Of a stretch of 64,000 nucleotides of DNA, positions 40,114 through 47,818 are shown piece by piece (position 1 is the stretch's first letter; each line of letters begins with the position of its first letter). The stretch comes from Candidatus Microgenomates bacterium (GTDB lineage Bacteria > Patescibacteriota > Microgenomatia > UBA8517 > JACQJR01): the NCBI GenBank assembly GCA_016204995.1, contig JACQJR010000001.1, positions 369,132-433,131 of the forward strand, given 5' to 3'. The notes below the pieces were generated by a model that did no database searches, was not told the DNA's origin, and saw only the letters and a list, made by a program, of their open reading frames with translations. The position numbers and the translations under genes are program-made.

Positions 40114-40140
40114 CTAAATTCTAATATCTAAAATCTAACT
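40106..40140. repeat. 5 x TCTAANN heptamer tandem
   Basis: tctaaca-tctaaat-tctaata-tctaaaa-tctaact at the rpsO/pnp junction. Confidence 0.85.
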
Positions 40141-40415
40141 TATGGAAGCTTTTCCTCTTTTAATTGCGACATCAGTTTAGCGTATCTTGTTTTATCCCGT
40201 CTTTCTAAATAACTTAATAATCTTCTCCTTTTGGCTACCATTGATAAAAGACCGCGACGGGAATGATCATCTTTTTTATGAGTTTGCAAATGTTGAGCTA
40301 GTTTTTGAATTTGGACGGAAAGAAGTGCTATTTGTACTTCAGGACTGCCTGTATCTTTCTCTCCCTGACCAAATTTTTCAATGATTCTCTGCTTTTCTTG
40401 AGGCTCAAGTGCCAT
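40140..40415 (-). CDS. rpsO: 30S ribosomal protein S15
   Basis: [23 protein letters not shown]. Confidence 0.98.
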   Translation of the reverse strand: MALEPQEKQRIIEKFGQGEKDTGSPEVQIALLSVQIQKLAQHLQTHKKDDHSRRGLLSMVAKRRRLLSYLERRDKTRYAKLMSQLKEEKLP

Positions 40416-40532
40416 AACCTAAACGAGAAACAAAGTAAATCGAAATTCCCGAAGAACCTTGTTTTCAATCCTTTTCGTGAATTATATCACTAAATTTCTG
40501 CTTTAGCAAGCAGTAAATAATTACCTTAAAGA

Positions 40533-41111
40533 TTAGGCTGTGTGTCGTTGTGAAGGATGACGTAATTTTTCCAGAGCTCTAGTTAAAGATTGTTCTACCT
40601 CATCCGGGGAAATGTTCATACTTTGGGCAATTACTTCTAATTCCTCGGGCCGACCGGTAAACAAACCAAAATATCTATGGATAATTAAATTTTCTCTCTC
40701 TGTTAAGATCCCAAGCACTTCTTTTACTTCATCCTTAATACCTTCAGGATATTTTTCATTGTATTTCGCTTTAATTTCCTCGTATGATAAGGAAGTATCA
40801 ACTGCCTCTCCTACTTGTTTTGCCATCCTTACTCTTTGCCTTTCCTGTCGTTCTTCATCTTGTTTAGCTAAATAATCGGCAGGCCTATTAACTATCTCTT
40901 GAAAATCAGGATAATCCTCAAATATATTCATTAATAACTTATCTTCTGCCGTTAATTTAGTCTGTAAATCTATATATGCTTGAGGTGTACCCTCCGGCCA
41001 GCGCCCATCTTTTCTTCGTGTGTTTCTCTCTTCTTCGGTCATAGAAGCTTCCCAATTAAAGAATTCCTGCCATTCTTGAGGAACAAATTTTGGTTGTCTT
41101 TCTTCTGTCAT
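40533..41111 (-). CDS. protein with C-terminal sigma70 region-4-like domain
   Basis: LTERE...IIHRYFGL...LEVIA...ALEKLRHPS. Confidence 0.75.
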   Translation of the reverse strand: MTEERQPKFVPQEWQEFFNWEASMTEEERNTRRKDGRWPEGTPQAYIDLQTKLTAEDKLLMNIFEDYPDFQEIVNRPADYLAKQDEERQERQRVRMAKQVGEAVDTSLSYEEIKAKYNEKYPEGIKDEVKEVLGILTERENLIIHRYFGLFTGRPEELEVIAQSMNISPDEVEQSLTRALEKLRHPSQRHTA

Positions 41112-41156
41112 TTGAGAATATTATAATACCGTTTCACTAAAAGTCAATCTCTATAT

Positions 41157-41357
41157 TTAAGTTAGCTCTTCTTTTTTAATTCCAGATTGTCTAAGTATAC
41201 TTTGCAAGGTGCCTGGTTTTAAATCTTTATTGTGATATGGCACTGTAACTCTTAAATCACTTTTTCTATATAATCTATGACTACCTTTTTGTCGGATAAA
41301 TTGAAACCCTTCTTTTTCCAAGACTTTAATAATTTGTCTTGGTTTGACAGATTTCAT
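41157..41357 (-). CDS. hicA: HicA toxin
   Basis: RQKGSH...VTVPYH...GTLQSILRQSG. Confidence 0.9.
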   Translation of the reverse strand: MKSVKPRQIIKVLEKEGFQFIRQKGSHRLYRKSDLRVTVPYHNKDLKPGTLQSILRQSGIKKEELT

Positions 41358-41593
41358 AGACTAACTTGGATGGGGGAAACCACAATGGGTTTAGATTCAC
41401 GGGGAATTTCTGTTCCTTTTAAATCTTCTACATAAAGTTCTGCCGCTTCTTTAATATTATCTAAAGCTTCTTCAAAAAAATCCCCTTCAGAAATACAACC
41501 TGGCAAAGCAGGAATTGACACTGAATATCCCCCACCCTTTTCAGGCTCAAAAACCGCTGTATAAGTTAAAACTTGAGCCATTTTCTTGACCAT
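41354..41593 (-). CDS. hicB: HicB antitoxin
   Basis: GGYSVSIPALPGCISEG...EEALDNIKEA. Confidence 0.9.
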   Translation of the reverse strand: MVKKMAQVLTYTAVFEPEKGGGYSVSIPALPGCISEGDFFEEALDNIKEAAELYVEDLKGTEIPRESKPIVVSPIQVSL

Positions 41594-41671
41594 GATGAAG
41601 ATATTATATCAAAAATAAGAAGGGAATCAAACCTCCGCTTTTTAAAAATTCTGAAATTGGGATTTGATTGC

Positions 41672-42487
41672 CTATGGCAATGCTGTGCCCTTGTAGACTT
41701 TGGGACCGAGCCATTCTTCCGGCGGATTTTCTTCCGCTGTGGCTACTTGCTGTTCGTTAATCACGCCACCCTTAATATGACCCTTCATTCGCATTAACTT
41801 GCCTGCCACTTCAAAAGTTTCCGGCCGGACGCGATTGGAGGTGAAATTAGCGGTTGCTCCCACTATTCCCATTAGTAGATTAGCCGCCATATCTTCATCT
41901 AACGGCAAATTATTATTGAGAATGTTAATAGCCATAATTTCACAAATAGAGGAAGTTTGCCGGTCAATCAGTTCTATCACCCGGCCGCGTCTGGCAAAAG
42001 CCGGAGTCGCCTGGACAGTAATAAATTGAGACACCGAATTTAAATCTTCCAATATTTGCTGATCTAATTGTACCTCGTTAATAATGCCCACCAGGATTAC
42101 CACATCGGCGTTCATACCACCCATTTGACTGCGGACTTGTTCCGGCGTAGGAGAAGCAAGATCTGCTTTAGGAACAATTGTTAAACGAAATTCTCCATGA
42201 TCAATGTCATAACTAACTTTTTCAATATTGGTGGCCGGATAACCAGCCAGACTAATAGTTAAATTGCTGCTACCCAGTTCGGTAGTTATTTTATCTACTC
42301 CCACCAGACGATTAAATTCTACCAGCATCGGAGAAGAACAGGAAATAGTCGTTTGTTTACCGTATTTATTTAAAGACAGAAAAAGAGATAGGCCGGCGGC
42401 CACTGTGTCAAAATCCGGCTCTTTCGGCAAAAGTATTAAAAAGTTTTTGCCTTGGGCAATAGCGTCTTGAAAATTTTTAGGTTCCAT
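41672..42487 (-). CDS. DHH/NrnA-like protein with degenerate motifs
   Basis: PDFDTVAAGLSL, SSICE, ANLLMGIVGATANF; no DHH triad; downstream of infB. Confidence 0.7.
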   Translation of the reverse strand: MEPKNFQDAIAQGKNFLILLPKEPDFDTVAAGLSLFLSLNKYGKQTTISCSSPMLVEFNRLVGVDKITTELGSSNLTISLAGYPATNIEKVSYDIDHGEFRLTIVPKADLASPTPEQVRSQMGGMNADVVILVGIINEVQLDQQILEDLNSVSQFITVQATPAFARRGRVIELIDRQTSSICEIMAINILNNNLPLDEDMAANLLMGIVGATANFTSNRVRPETFEVAGKLMRMKGHIKGGVINEQQVATAEENPPEEWLGPKVYKGTALP

Positions 42488-42496
42488 TTATATTAA

Positions 42497-43936
42497 TTAC
42501 CTTACGGACTCTAACACATCTCCAATCTGAAAGTCAACAGTACCTGCAAAAATAAGGCCGCATTCTTGACCTTTTTCCACTTTATCCACTGTTTTGTCTG
42601 CTTGTTTCATGGAACTTATCTTAACCTTACCGATAACTTCCCCTTTTCTACTTAAAGTTAAATTATCGCCGCGGGCAATTCGGCCTTCAGCGACACGAAT
42701 TCCGGCAATTTTTTGATTCGCCCCAAAAGGAAATTGAGCAATAATTTCTGCCCTGCCTAAAATTTTAACTTCTTCTGCCACTTCTCCAGCCAAAGCTTTG
42801 GCTATCCAGTCAAAAATTTCATAAATAATGGCAAAAGAGAAAATTTTAACCTTGTCTTCTTCGGCTTGCTGGAGGACTTCTGGCGGGACTTTGACCCCGA
42901 AGGCAATAATGGTAGCGCCAAAAGAACTAGCCAGCGCTACATCGCCGGCAGTCACTTCACCAGTACCGCTAGATAAAACTACTACTTCGCTAGACAATCC
43001 TGCCATTAACGCTTCTAGTCTGCCGGCCGTATCAGCCTTGATAATTAAAGAGAGTTTTGCTCCTGCCTGCGCAGGCTTGTCTGCGCCAGCAGGCAGGCCT
43101 TCTTTAACTTCTTGTTGTTTAACGTTAGCTGATTCCACCTTCACCACCCCACCTTCGCCCGCAAGTTTTACCTGACTGCCGACTGTCGGTACTTTTTCCA
43201 ACCCTAAAATTTGCCCGGCCTGTCCCGGCAACACTGACTCTAAATTTTGGCCTTGATCACCGATTAAAGCCTTAACTTTTCCCACTACTTCACCAGCTGT
43301 AATTTTATCGCCCAAATTAAGCTGTCCATTTCTGACAATGACAGTGGCTAAGGCTCCCTTCCGGCTGTCAAATTGCGATTCAATCACTGTAGCTTCTAAG
43401 ACGGCTTCGCTGTCGCCTTTAATCTCGTGAATTTCACTTACCAAACTAATCATTTCTAGTAAATGAGAAATTCCCTGACCGGTTTTACTGGATACTTCCG
43501 TCACCACAATATCGCCGCCGCGACCCTCCAGAAGAATTCCTTCTTTTTCTAGTTCTTGTTTGACTCGCTCTGGTTGGGCAGTCGGTAAATCAACTTTAGT
43601 TAAAACAACGATAAAAGGCACCTGGGCGGCGCGGATAAATTGCAAAGACTCCCTAGTTTGCGGTTTAACCCCATCATCGGCTGCCACAATTAATAACACA
43701 ATATCAGCCACATTGGCTCCCCGTGAACGCATTTGAGAAAAAGCGGCATGGCCGGGAGTATCTATAAAAGTGATGGGTTGAGAGTTATGAGTTATGAGGT
43801 AAGCGCCGATGTGCTGGGTAATACTGCCTGCTTCCCGAGAGGCTACGTTAGTTTTACGGATCGCGTCTAACAGGGAAGTTTTGCCATGATCAACATGGCC
43901 TAAAACGGCGACAATCGGTGAAAGTGATATATTCAT
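42497..43936 (-). CDS. infB: translation initiation factor IF-2 (no N-terminal extension)
   Basis: [31 protein letters not shown]. Confidence 0.97.
   Translation of the reverse strand: MNISLSPIVAVLGHVDHGKTSLLDAIRKTNVASREAGSITQHIGAYLITHNSQPITFIDTPGHAAFSQMRSRGANVADIVLLIVAADDGVKPQTRESLQFIRAAQVPFIVVLTKVDLPTAQPERVKQELEKEGILLEGRGGDIVVTEVSSKTGQGISHLLEMISLVSEIHEIKGDSEAVLEATVIESQFDSRKGALATVIVRNGQLNLGDKITAGEVVGKVKALIGDQGQNLESVLPGQAGQILGLEKVPTVGSQVKLAGEGGVVKVESANVKQQEVKEGLPAGADKPAQAGAKLSLIIKADTAGRLEALMAGLSSEVVVLSSGTGEVTAGDVALASSFGATIIAFGVKVPPEVLQQAEEDKVKIFSFAIIYEIFDWIAKALAGEVAEEVKILGRAEIIAQFPFGANQKIAGIRVAEGRIARGDNLTLSRKGEVIGKVKISSMKQADKTVDKVEKGQECGLIFAGTVDFQIGDVLESVR
43062..43097. repeat. 36-bp palindromic intragenic insert, copy 2
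   Basis: Identical to 37445-37480; same reading frame. Confidence 0.9.
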
Positions 43937-44010
43937 AATTCAAATAATCGTAATACCCAGAAAACTCAGCTTGCCAGAACTTCAGAGAATCAGATAATCT
44001 GATAGGTAAA

Positions 44011-45072
44011 TTAACTAGCTTGCTCATGTTCTGGCTCTACTGGTTTACTGATACTTTGATTTTCCGAGTTCTCCGAGTTGTCTGGTTCTTTGATAGGGCT
44101 CTCCGAGCCCTCAATATCAATATCAAAACCAGTTAGGATAGCGGCCAGTCTAACATTTTGCCCTTCCTTACCAATCGCTAGAGAAAGTTGATCAGTAGGC
44201 GCTTTGACGATCGCTTTTTTATTTTTAGGATCAAGCGAAACTGACAAATTCTGGGCTGGCGCGAGAGCCGACGTAATCAGCTGCGTCATTTCATCCGTCC
44301 AGGGAATAACATCAATTTTTTCTCCGCCTAATTCATTAATAACTGCCTGGACTCGCACGCCTTTTTGGCCAACACAAGAGCCGACCGGATCAACTCCGGA
44401 GGTGCTGGATTTAACAGCAATTTTAGTGCGGACCCCAGGTTCTCTGGCAATAGCATAAATTTCCACCGAACCGCCAGCAATTTCCGGAACTTCTCTGGCA
44501 AATAATTTTTTGACAAATTCAGGATCTGCCCGGGAAACGATTAAATCCTTGCCTTTAGCTCCTTCGCGAATTTCTTTTAATAAGAAAGTTAATCTTTGGG
44601 AAAGCTCTAGCCTTTCATTGGGAATTCGTTCACCGGCCGGAAAAAGGGCTTCAGTTTTACCTAAATCCACCCGGGCATTTTGGCCGTCAAAGCGCAAAAT
44701 CACCCCGCTGACCAGTTGACCAATCCGACTCTCAAAACCAGCTAAAATGGCTTCCTTTTCTACCTCCCGGGTTTTTTGTCTGAAGATCTGTCGAAAAGTT
44801 TGAGCGGCAATTCTGGTAAAACCAGGAGGCGTCACTTCAGTCTTTTTTTTACCTTCAACTTTGAAAATTGAAACTTCACCGGTCAGAGAATTAATTTCTG
44901 CGGTAAATTCTTCTTCCTCGGCAACTTCCACGCCTTGTTCCCGCATTTCCCGGCGATAGGCCCCAATTAAGGCCAGCTTTAACTGATCCATTAAAACTTC
45001 CGGCGTTAAACCCCGCTCGGCAGCAAGAGCCGTTAGTGCTTGGGCAAATTCTGATCTTGGTAATTGCGGCAT
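44011..45072 (-). CDS. nusA: transcription factor NusA
   Basis: RIAAQT, AREPGVRTKIAV, VGSCVG, SLAIGKEGQNVRLA. Confidence 0.97.
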   Translation of the reverse strand: MPQLPRSEFAQALTALAAERGLTPEVLMDQLKLALIGAYRREMREQGVEVAEEEEFTAEINSLTGEVSIFKVEGKKKTEVTPPGFTRIAAQTFRQIFRQKTREVEKEAILAGFESRIGQLVSGVILRFDGQNARVDLGKTEALFPAGERIPNERLELSQRLTFLLKEIREGAKGKDLIVSRADPEFVKKLFAREVPEIAGGSVEIYAIAREPGVRTKIAVKSSTSGVDPVGSCVGQKGVRVQAVINELGGEKIDVIPWTDEMTQLITSALAPAQNLSVSLDPKNKKAIVKAPTDQLSLAIGKEGQNVRLAAILTGFDIDIEGSESPIKEPDNSENSENQSISKPVEPEHEQAS

Positions 45073-45087
45073 AATTTTATTTTCTAC

Positions 45088-45160
45088 AAAAAGGGTGGGT
45101 CTAACTCCCCACCCAACCTCACTACATGGGTAGTATAAAGCGAAACTGACTAACAGTCAA
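45088..45160 (-). promoter_or_regulatory. nusA promoter and leader hairpin (rimP-leader-like)
   Basis: TTGACT-N17-TATACT, then GGGTGGG/CCCACCC hairpin and U-run. Confidence 0.6.
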
Positions 45161-45180
45161 CCGGCCGGTTGATTTTTTAG

Positions 45181-45339
45181 TTATTGGCTCTGAGAACTTT
45201 CACCCTCTTCGCCTTCACTTTTTTCTTCTTCACTACCCATAGGTTGGCCTGGATGAGCTTCGTTGTGATGTCGCTCATGTTCTTCCTGGGTATCAAATTC
45301 CATACCGCAAATGTTACAAACAAATGGTTTATCAACCAT
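45181..45339 (-). CDS. 52-aa C2H2 zinc-finger protein (absent from ORF track)
   Basis: KPFVCNICGMEFDTQEEHERHHNEAH plus acidic tail; strong SD GGAGGTGA. Confidence 0.8.
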   Translation of the reverse strand: MVDKPFVCNICGMEFDTQEEHERHHNEAHPGQPMGSEEEKSEGEEGESSQSQ

Positions 45340-45491
45340 ATCTATCACCTCCCTCCATAGTTAAATTAAAACCATACAGTATGTGAATTGTTTAAGAGGC
45401 AAGAAAGAGAATAGTAAGTAGAAATTATGGCTTTAGAAAATCAGTGGCAATTTCAGTCATAGGCATATTATATGCTAAAATAAGTTTGATT

Positions 45492-45854
45492 ATGTTAAAA
45501 GATCGTCCTTTAATCCGCAAAATTTATTTATACCTCTTTTCTTTTGTGGGATTACTTCTGATAGTAATCGGCTTGGTACGATTAGTAGATTTAGGATTAA
45601 AAGTTTATATTTTTAAAAAGGCGGACACATTTGTTTTTTATCCTACTACTCCTAGCCGCCTGGACAAAAATGGCAATACCGTGGATATAACTGAAGAGGA
45701 AAAAGCTAAATTTCAAAAAGAGCAAGAAGCAACTCAATTTCAGCAAACAGAGAGTAACCGCCAGAGAACTGCTTCAAATTCTATTGCCATGATCTTAATC
45801 GGCGCACCCTTATTTTTCTATCACTGGAGAACTATCGGTAAGGAAAATAGCTAG
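45492..45854 (+). CDS. small two-TM membrane protein (DUF5671-like)
   Basis: IRKIYLYLFSFVGL...PLFFYHW. Confidence 0.75.
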   Translation: MLKDRPLIRKIYLYLFSFVGLLLIVIGLVRLVDLGLKVYIFKKADTFVFYPTTPSRLDKNGNTVDITEEEKAKFQKEQEATQFQQTESNRQRTASNSIAMILIGAPLFFYHWRTIGKENS

Positions 45855-45863
45855 GGTATAAAT

Positions 45864-46097
45864 TTAAAACTGCACGACAGGAACATCTATTGTATTGTCA
45901 GGTTTAGCATTTAAGGCCTGGTGGATTTTTTGATCAATTTTATCGCTAACTTTTGCCTCAAAATACCTTTCTCCGCATTGTTGGCACACCAGAGCTGGAA
46001 CATCACGTAGAGCAAGAAGATCCTTACCCCAATATCGGGCAATATCTACTTTTTCTTTCTTTAATTTACCACCGCAAAAATAACAAATGTTTGTCAT
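45864..46097 (-). CDS. YgiT-type zinc finger / MqsA-like antitoxin
   Basis: CYFCGG...DVPALVCQQCGERYF. Confidence 0.85.
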   Translation of the reverse strand: MTNICYFCGGKLKKEKVDIARYWGKDLLALRDVPALVCQQCGERYFEAKVSDKIDQKIHQALNAKPDNTIDVPVVQF

Positions 46098-46133
46098 ATT
46101 TCACCTCTTATACATTATTATAACATGAACTTA

Positions 46134-46406
46134 TTAGTCGTTTGGTATATAGACTGTGACAATAACAGGTTTTTTAAATCTTAAACCAATGACTACATGA
46201 ATTAATTTATTAGTTTTCGTCTTACCTGCTATCAGACGGCTTTCGCCTCGTGGATCATCCAATCTCTCTTTTATAACAGAACCTGAAAATATTGCTTCCT
46301 CTATCTCATTAACAGTCAACTTATCATTTATTCTTTCTTCATCTGCATGTTCTGAAAAAAGATAATCTTTTTTGCTGATTAAACCCTGTATCTTCTTAAA
46401 ATCCAT
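46134..46406 (-). CDS. DUF4258 family putative RNase toxin
   Basis: FSEHA...EIEEAI...LIAG...IHVV...IVTVY; upstream of the YgiT finger gene. Confidence 0.8.
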   Translation of the reverse strand: MDFKKIQGLISKKDYLFSEHADEERINDKLTVNEIEEAIFSGSVIKERLDDPRGESRLIAGKTKTNKLIHVVIGLRFKKPVIVTVYIPND

Positions 46407-46504
46407 AGGCAAGAATCTATTTATTATAACTCTCAATTAATTGATAAAATGTCTATTATAATAATATTGTGGAGATGCCTGAAGGGTGAAATCGTATTGA
46501 CACC

Positions 46505-47392
46505 TTATAATCCTTCTTCCGCCAATTCTTCAATTAATTCTTTTTGATCTCGGGTCAGTTTTTCAGGGATAGCCACATTCACCCGAACATACTCGTCGCC
46601 TCGTCCCCGGCCGCGCAGATGGGGGATACCACGCTCCTTTAATCTCATCATGGAGCCTGATTGAATACCAGGCCGGATCCGCAATTTCAAATCGCCATCA
46701 ATTGTCGGCACTTTAATTTCCCCGCCCAGTACCGCCAGGCTAAAAGGAATTACTACTTCTACAATCACGTCGCTCCCTTCTCGTCTAAAAACCGGATCTG
46801 GCTGAACACCAATTGTGATATCAAAATCGGCAAAGGCCAAATGAGTTCCATCGTCTGCCCCGGCCGGGATTTTAATAGTCCGTTTTTTGCCCTCAATAGC
46901 AACAGTTTTTTCAACTCCTTTGGCCGCTTCCTTAAAACTAATCTCTAAATGATAATGGGGTTTTTGGGCGCGTCTGTCTCCAAAAGGCGAACCGCCACCG
47001 AAAAATTGTTCAAAAATTTCAAAGGGATCGCCAAAGTCTCCAAAAGGCGAACCGCCACCAGAAGTGGTATAAGTATAAGTAAAAGGACCATAACGGCCAG
47101 TGCGAGCCTGTCCACCGCCACCTCCGAAACCACCACCAAAAGGCCCGCCGCCTGGCATGCCACCGGGGGTAAAAGCGGCATGACCAAATTGGTCATAAGC
47201 GTTCTTTTTTTCCGGATTAGAAAGGACTTCGTAGGCCTCGCTGGCTTCTTTGAATTTTTGTTCAGCTTCGGCGGATTTATTGCGGTCTGGATGCCACTCT
47301 AGGGCTTGCTTGCGATAAGCGCGTTTTATTTCCTCACTTGAGGCATTTTTGGTAACTCCCAGAATATCATAGTAATCTCTTTTTGTAGCCAT
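46505..47392 (-). CDS. dnaJ: DnaJ without Zn-finger (CbpA-like)
   Basis: J domain with HPD, G/F-rich region, C-terminal domain; no CxxCxGxG. Confidence 0.93.
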   Translation of the reverse strand: MATKRDYYDILGVTKNASSEEIKRAYRKQALEWHPDRNKSAEAEQKFKEASEAYEVLSNPEKKNAYDQFGHAAFTPGGMPGGGPFGGGFGGGGGQARTGRYGPFTYTYTTSGGGSPFGDFGDPFEIFEQFFGGGSPFGDRRAQKPHYHLEISFKEAAKGVEKTVAIEGKKRTIKIPAGADDGTHLAFADFDITIGVQPDPVFRREGSDVIVEVVIPFSLAVLGGEIKVPTIDGDLKLRIRPGIQSGSMMRLKERGIPHLRGRGRGDEYVRVNVAIPEKLTRDQKELIEELAEEGL

Positions 47393-47398
47393 AATAAT

Positions 47399-47433
47399 TC
47401 AATTACAAATGCTAAATGATAAATGCTAAATTA
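47399..47433. repeat. 7-nt periodic arm downstream of the four-helix-bundle gene
   Basis: tcaatta-caaatgc-taaatga-taaatgc-taaatta. Confidence 0.75.
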
Positions 47434-47793
47434 ATTTTTCTTCGCATTGATAACAATTTTGCTAATTATAGCAATTATCTGCTGATTCTCATCTAAAACT
47501 GGCTCAAATCTAGTTTTTAAACTTAAATTATGGTCGGACAATAATGATAGCCAATAATGCGTTTCTTTTGCTTCTTTCTTAGAAATAGTAAACCTATGTA
47601 TAAACTCTTTCTTAGATTCTGCTCCATCCGCCTCGCTGGCATTCGCACCTATTGAACCAGATGATCTTATAACTTGTCTTATCATTACTAAATTTTCTGG
47701 AGTATTGGGTACGAATTTAACTATTTGGAGAACACCTAAGACGAATTTATATATTCTATTATGTATATCTCTAGTTTTGATTTCATTGGCCAT
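47431..47793 (-). CDS. four-helix-bundle protein (23S rRNA IVS protein / TIGR02436-like)
   Basis: QVIRSSGSIGAN..EA..AESKKEF...I..KEAKET.YWL. Confidence 0.9.
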   Translation of the reverse strand: MANEIKTRDIHNRIYKFVLGVLQIVKFVPNTPENLVMIRQVIRSSGSIGANASEADGAESKKEFIHRFTISKKEAKETHYWLSLLSDHNLSLKTRFEPVLDENQQIIAIISKIVINAKKN

Positions 47794-47818
47794 TTATCAT
47801 TGGACATTTAGCATTAAC
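47784..47818. repeat. 7-nt periodic arm upstream of the four-helix-bundle gene (inverted relative to the other arm)
   Basis: cattggc-catttat-cattgga-catttag-cattaac. Confidence 0.75.

Noticed and set aside
47431-47793. Diversity-generating retroelement suggested by the Avd-like fold
   Set aside because: No reverse transcriptase and no TR/VR pair with adenine-specific mismatches seen in this window.
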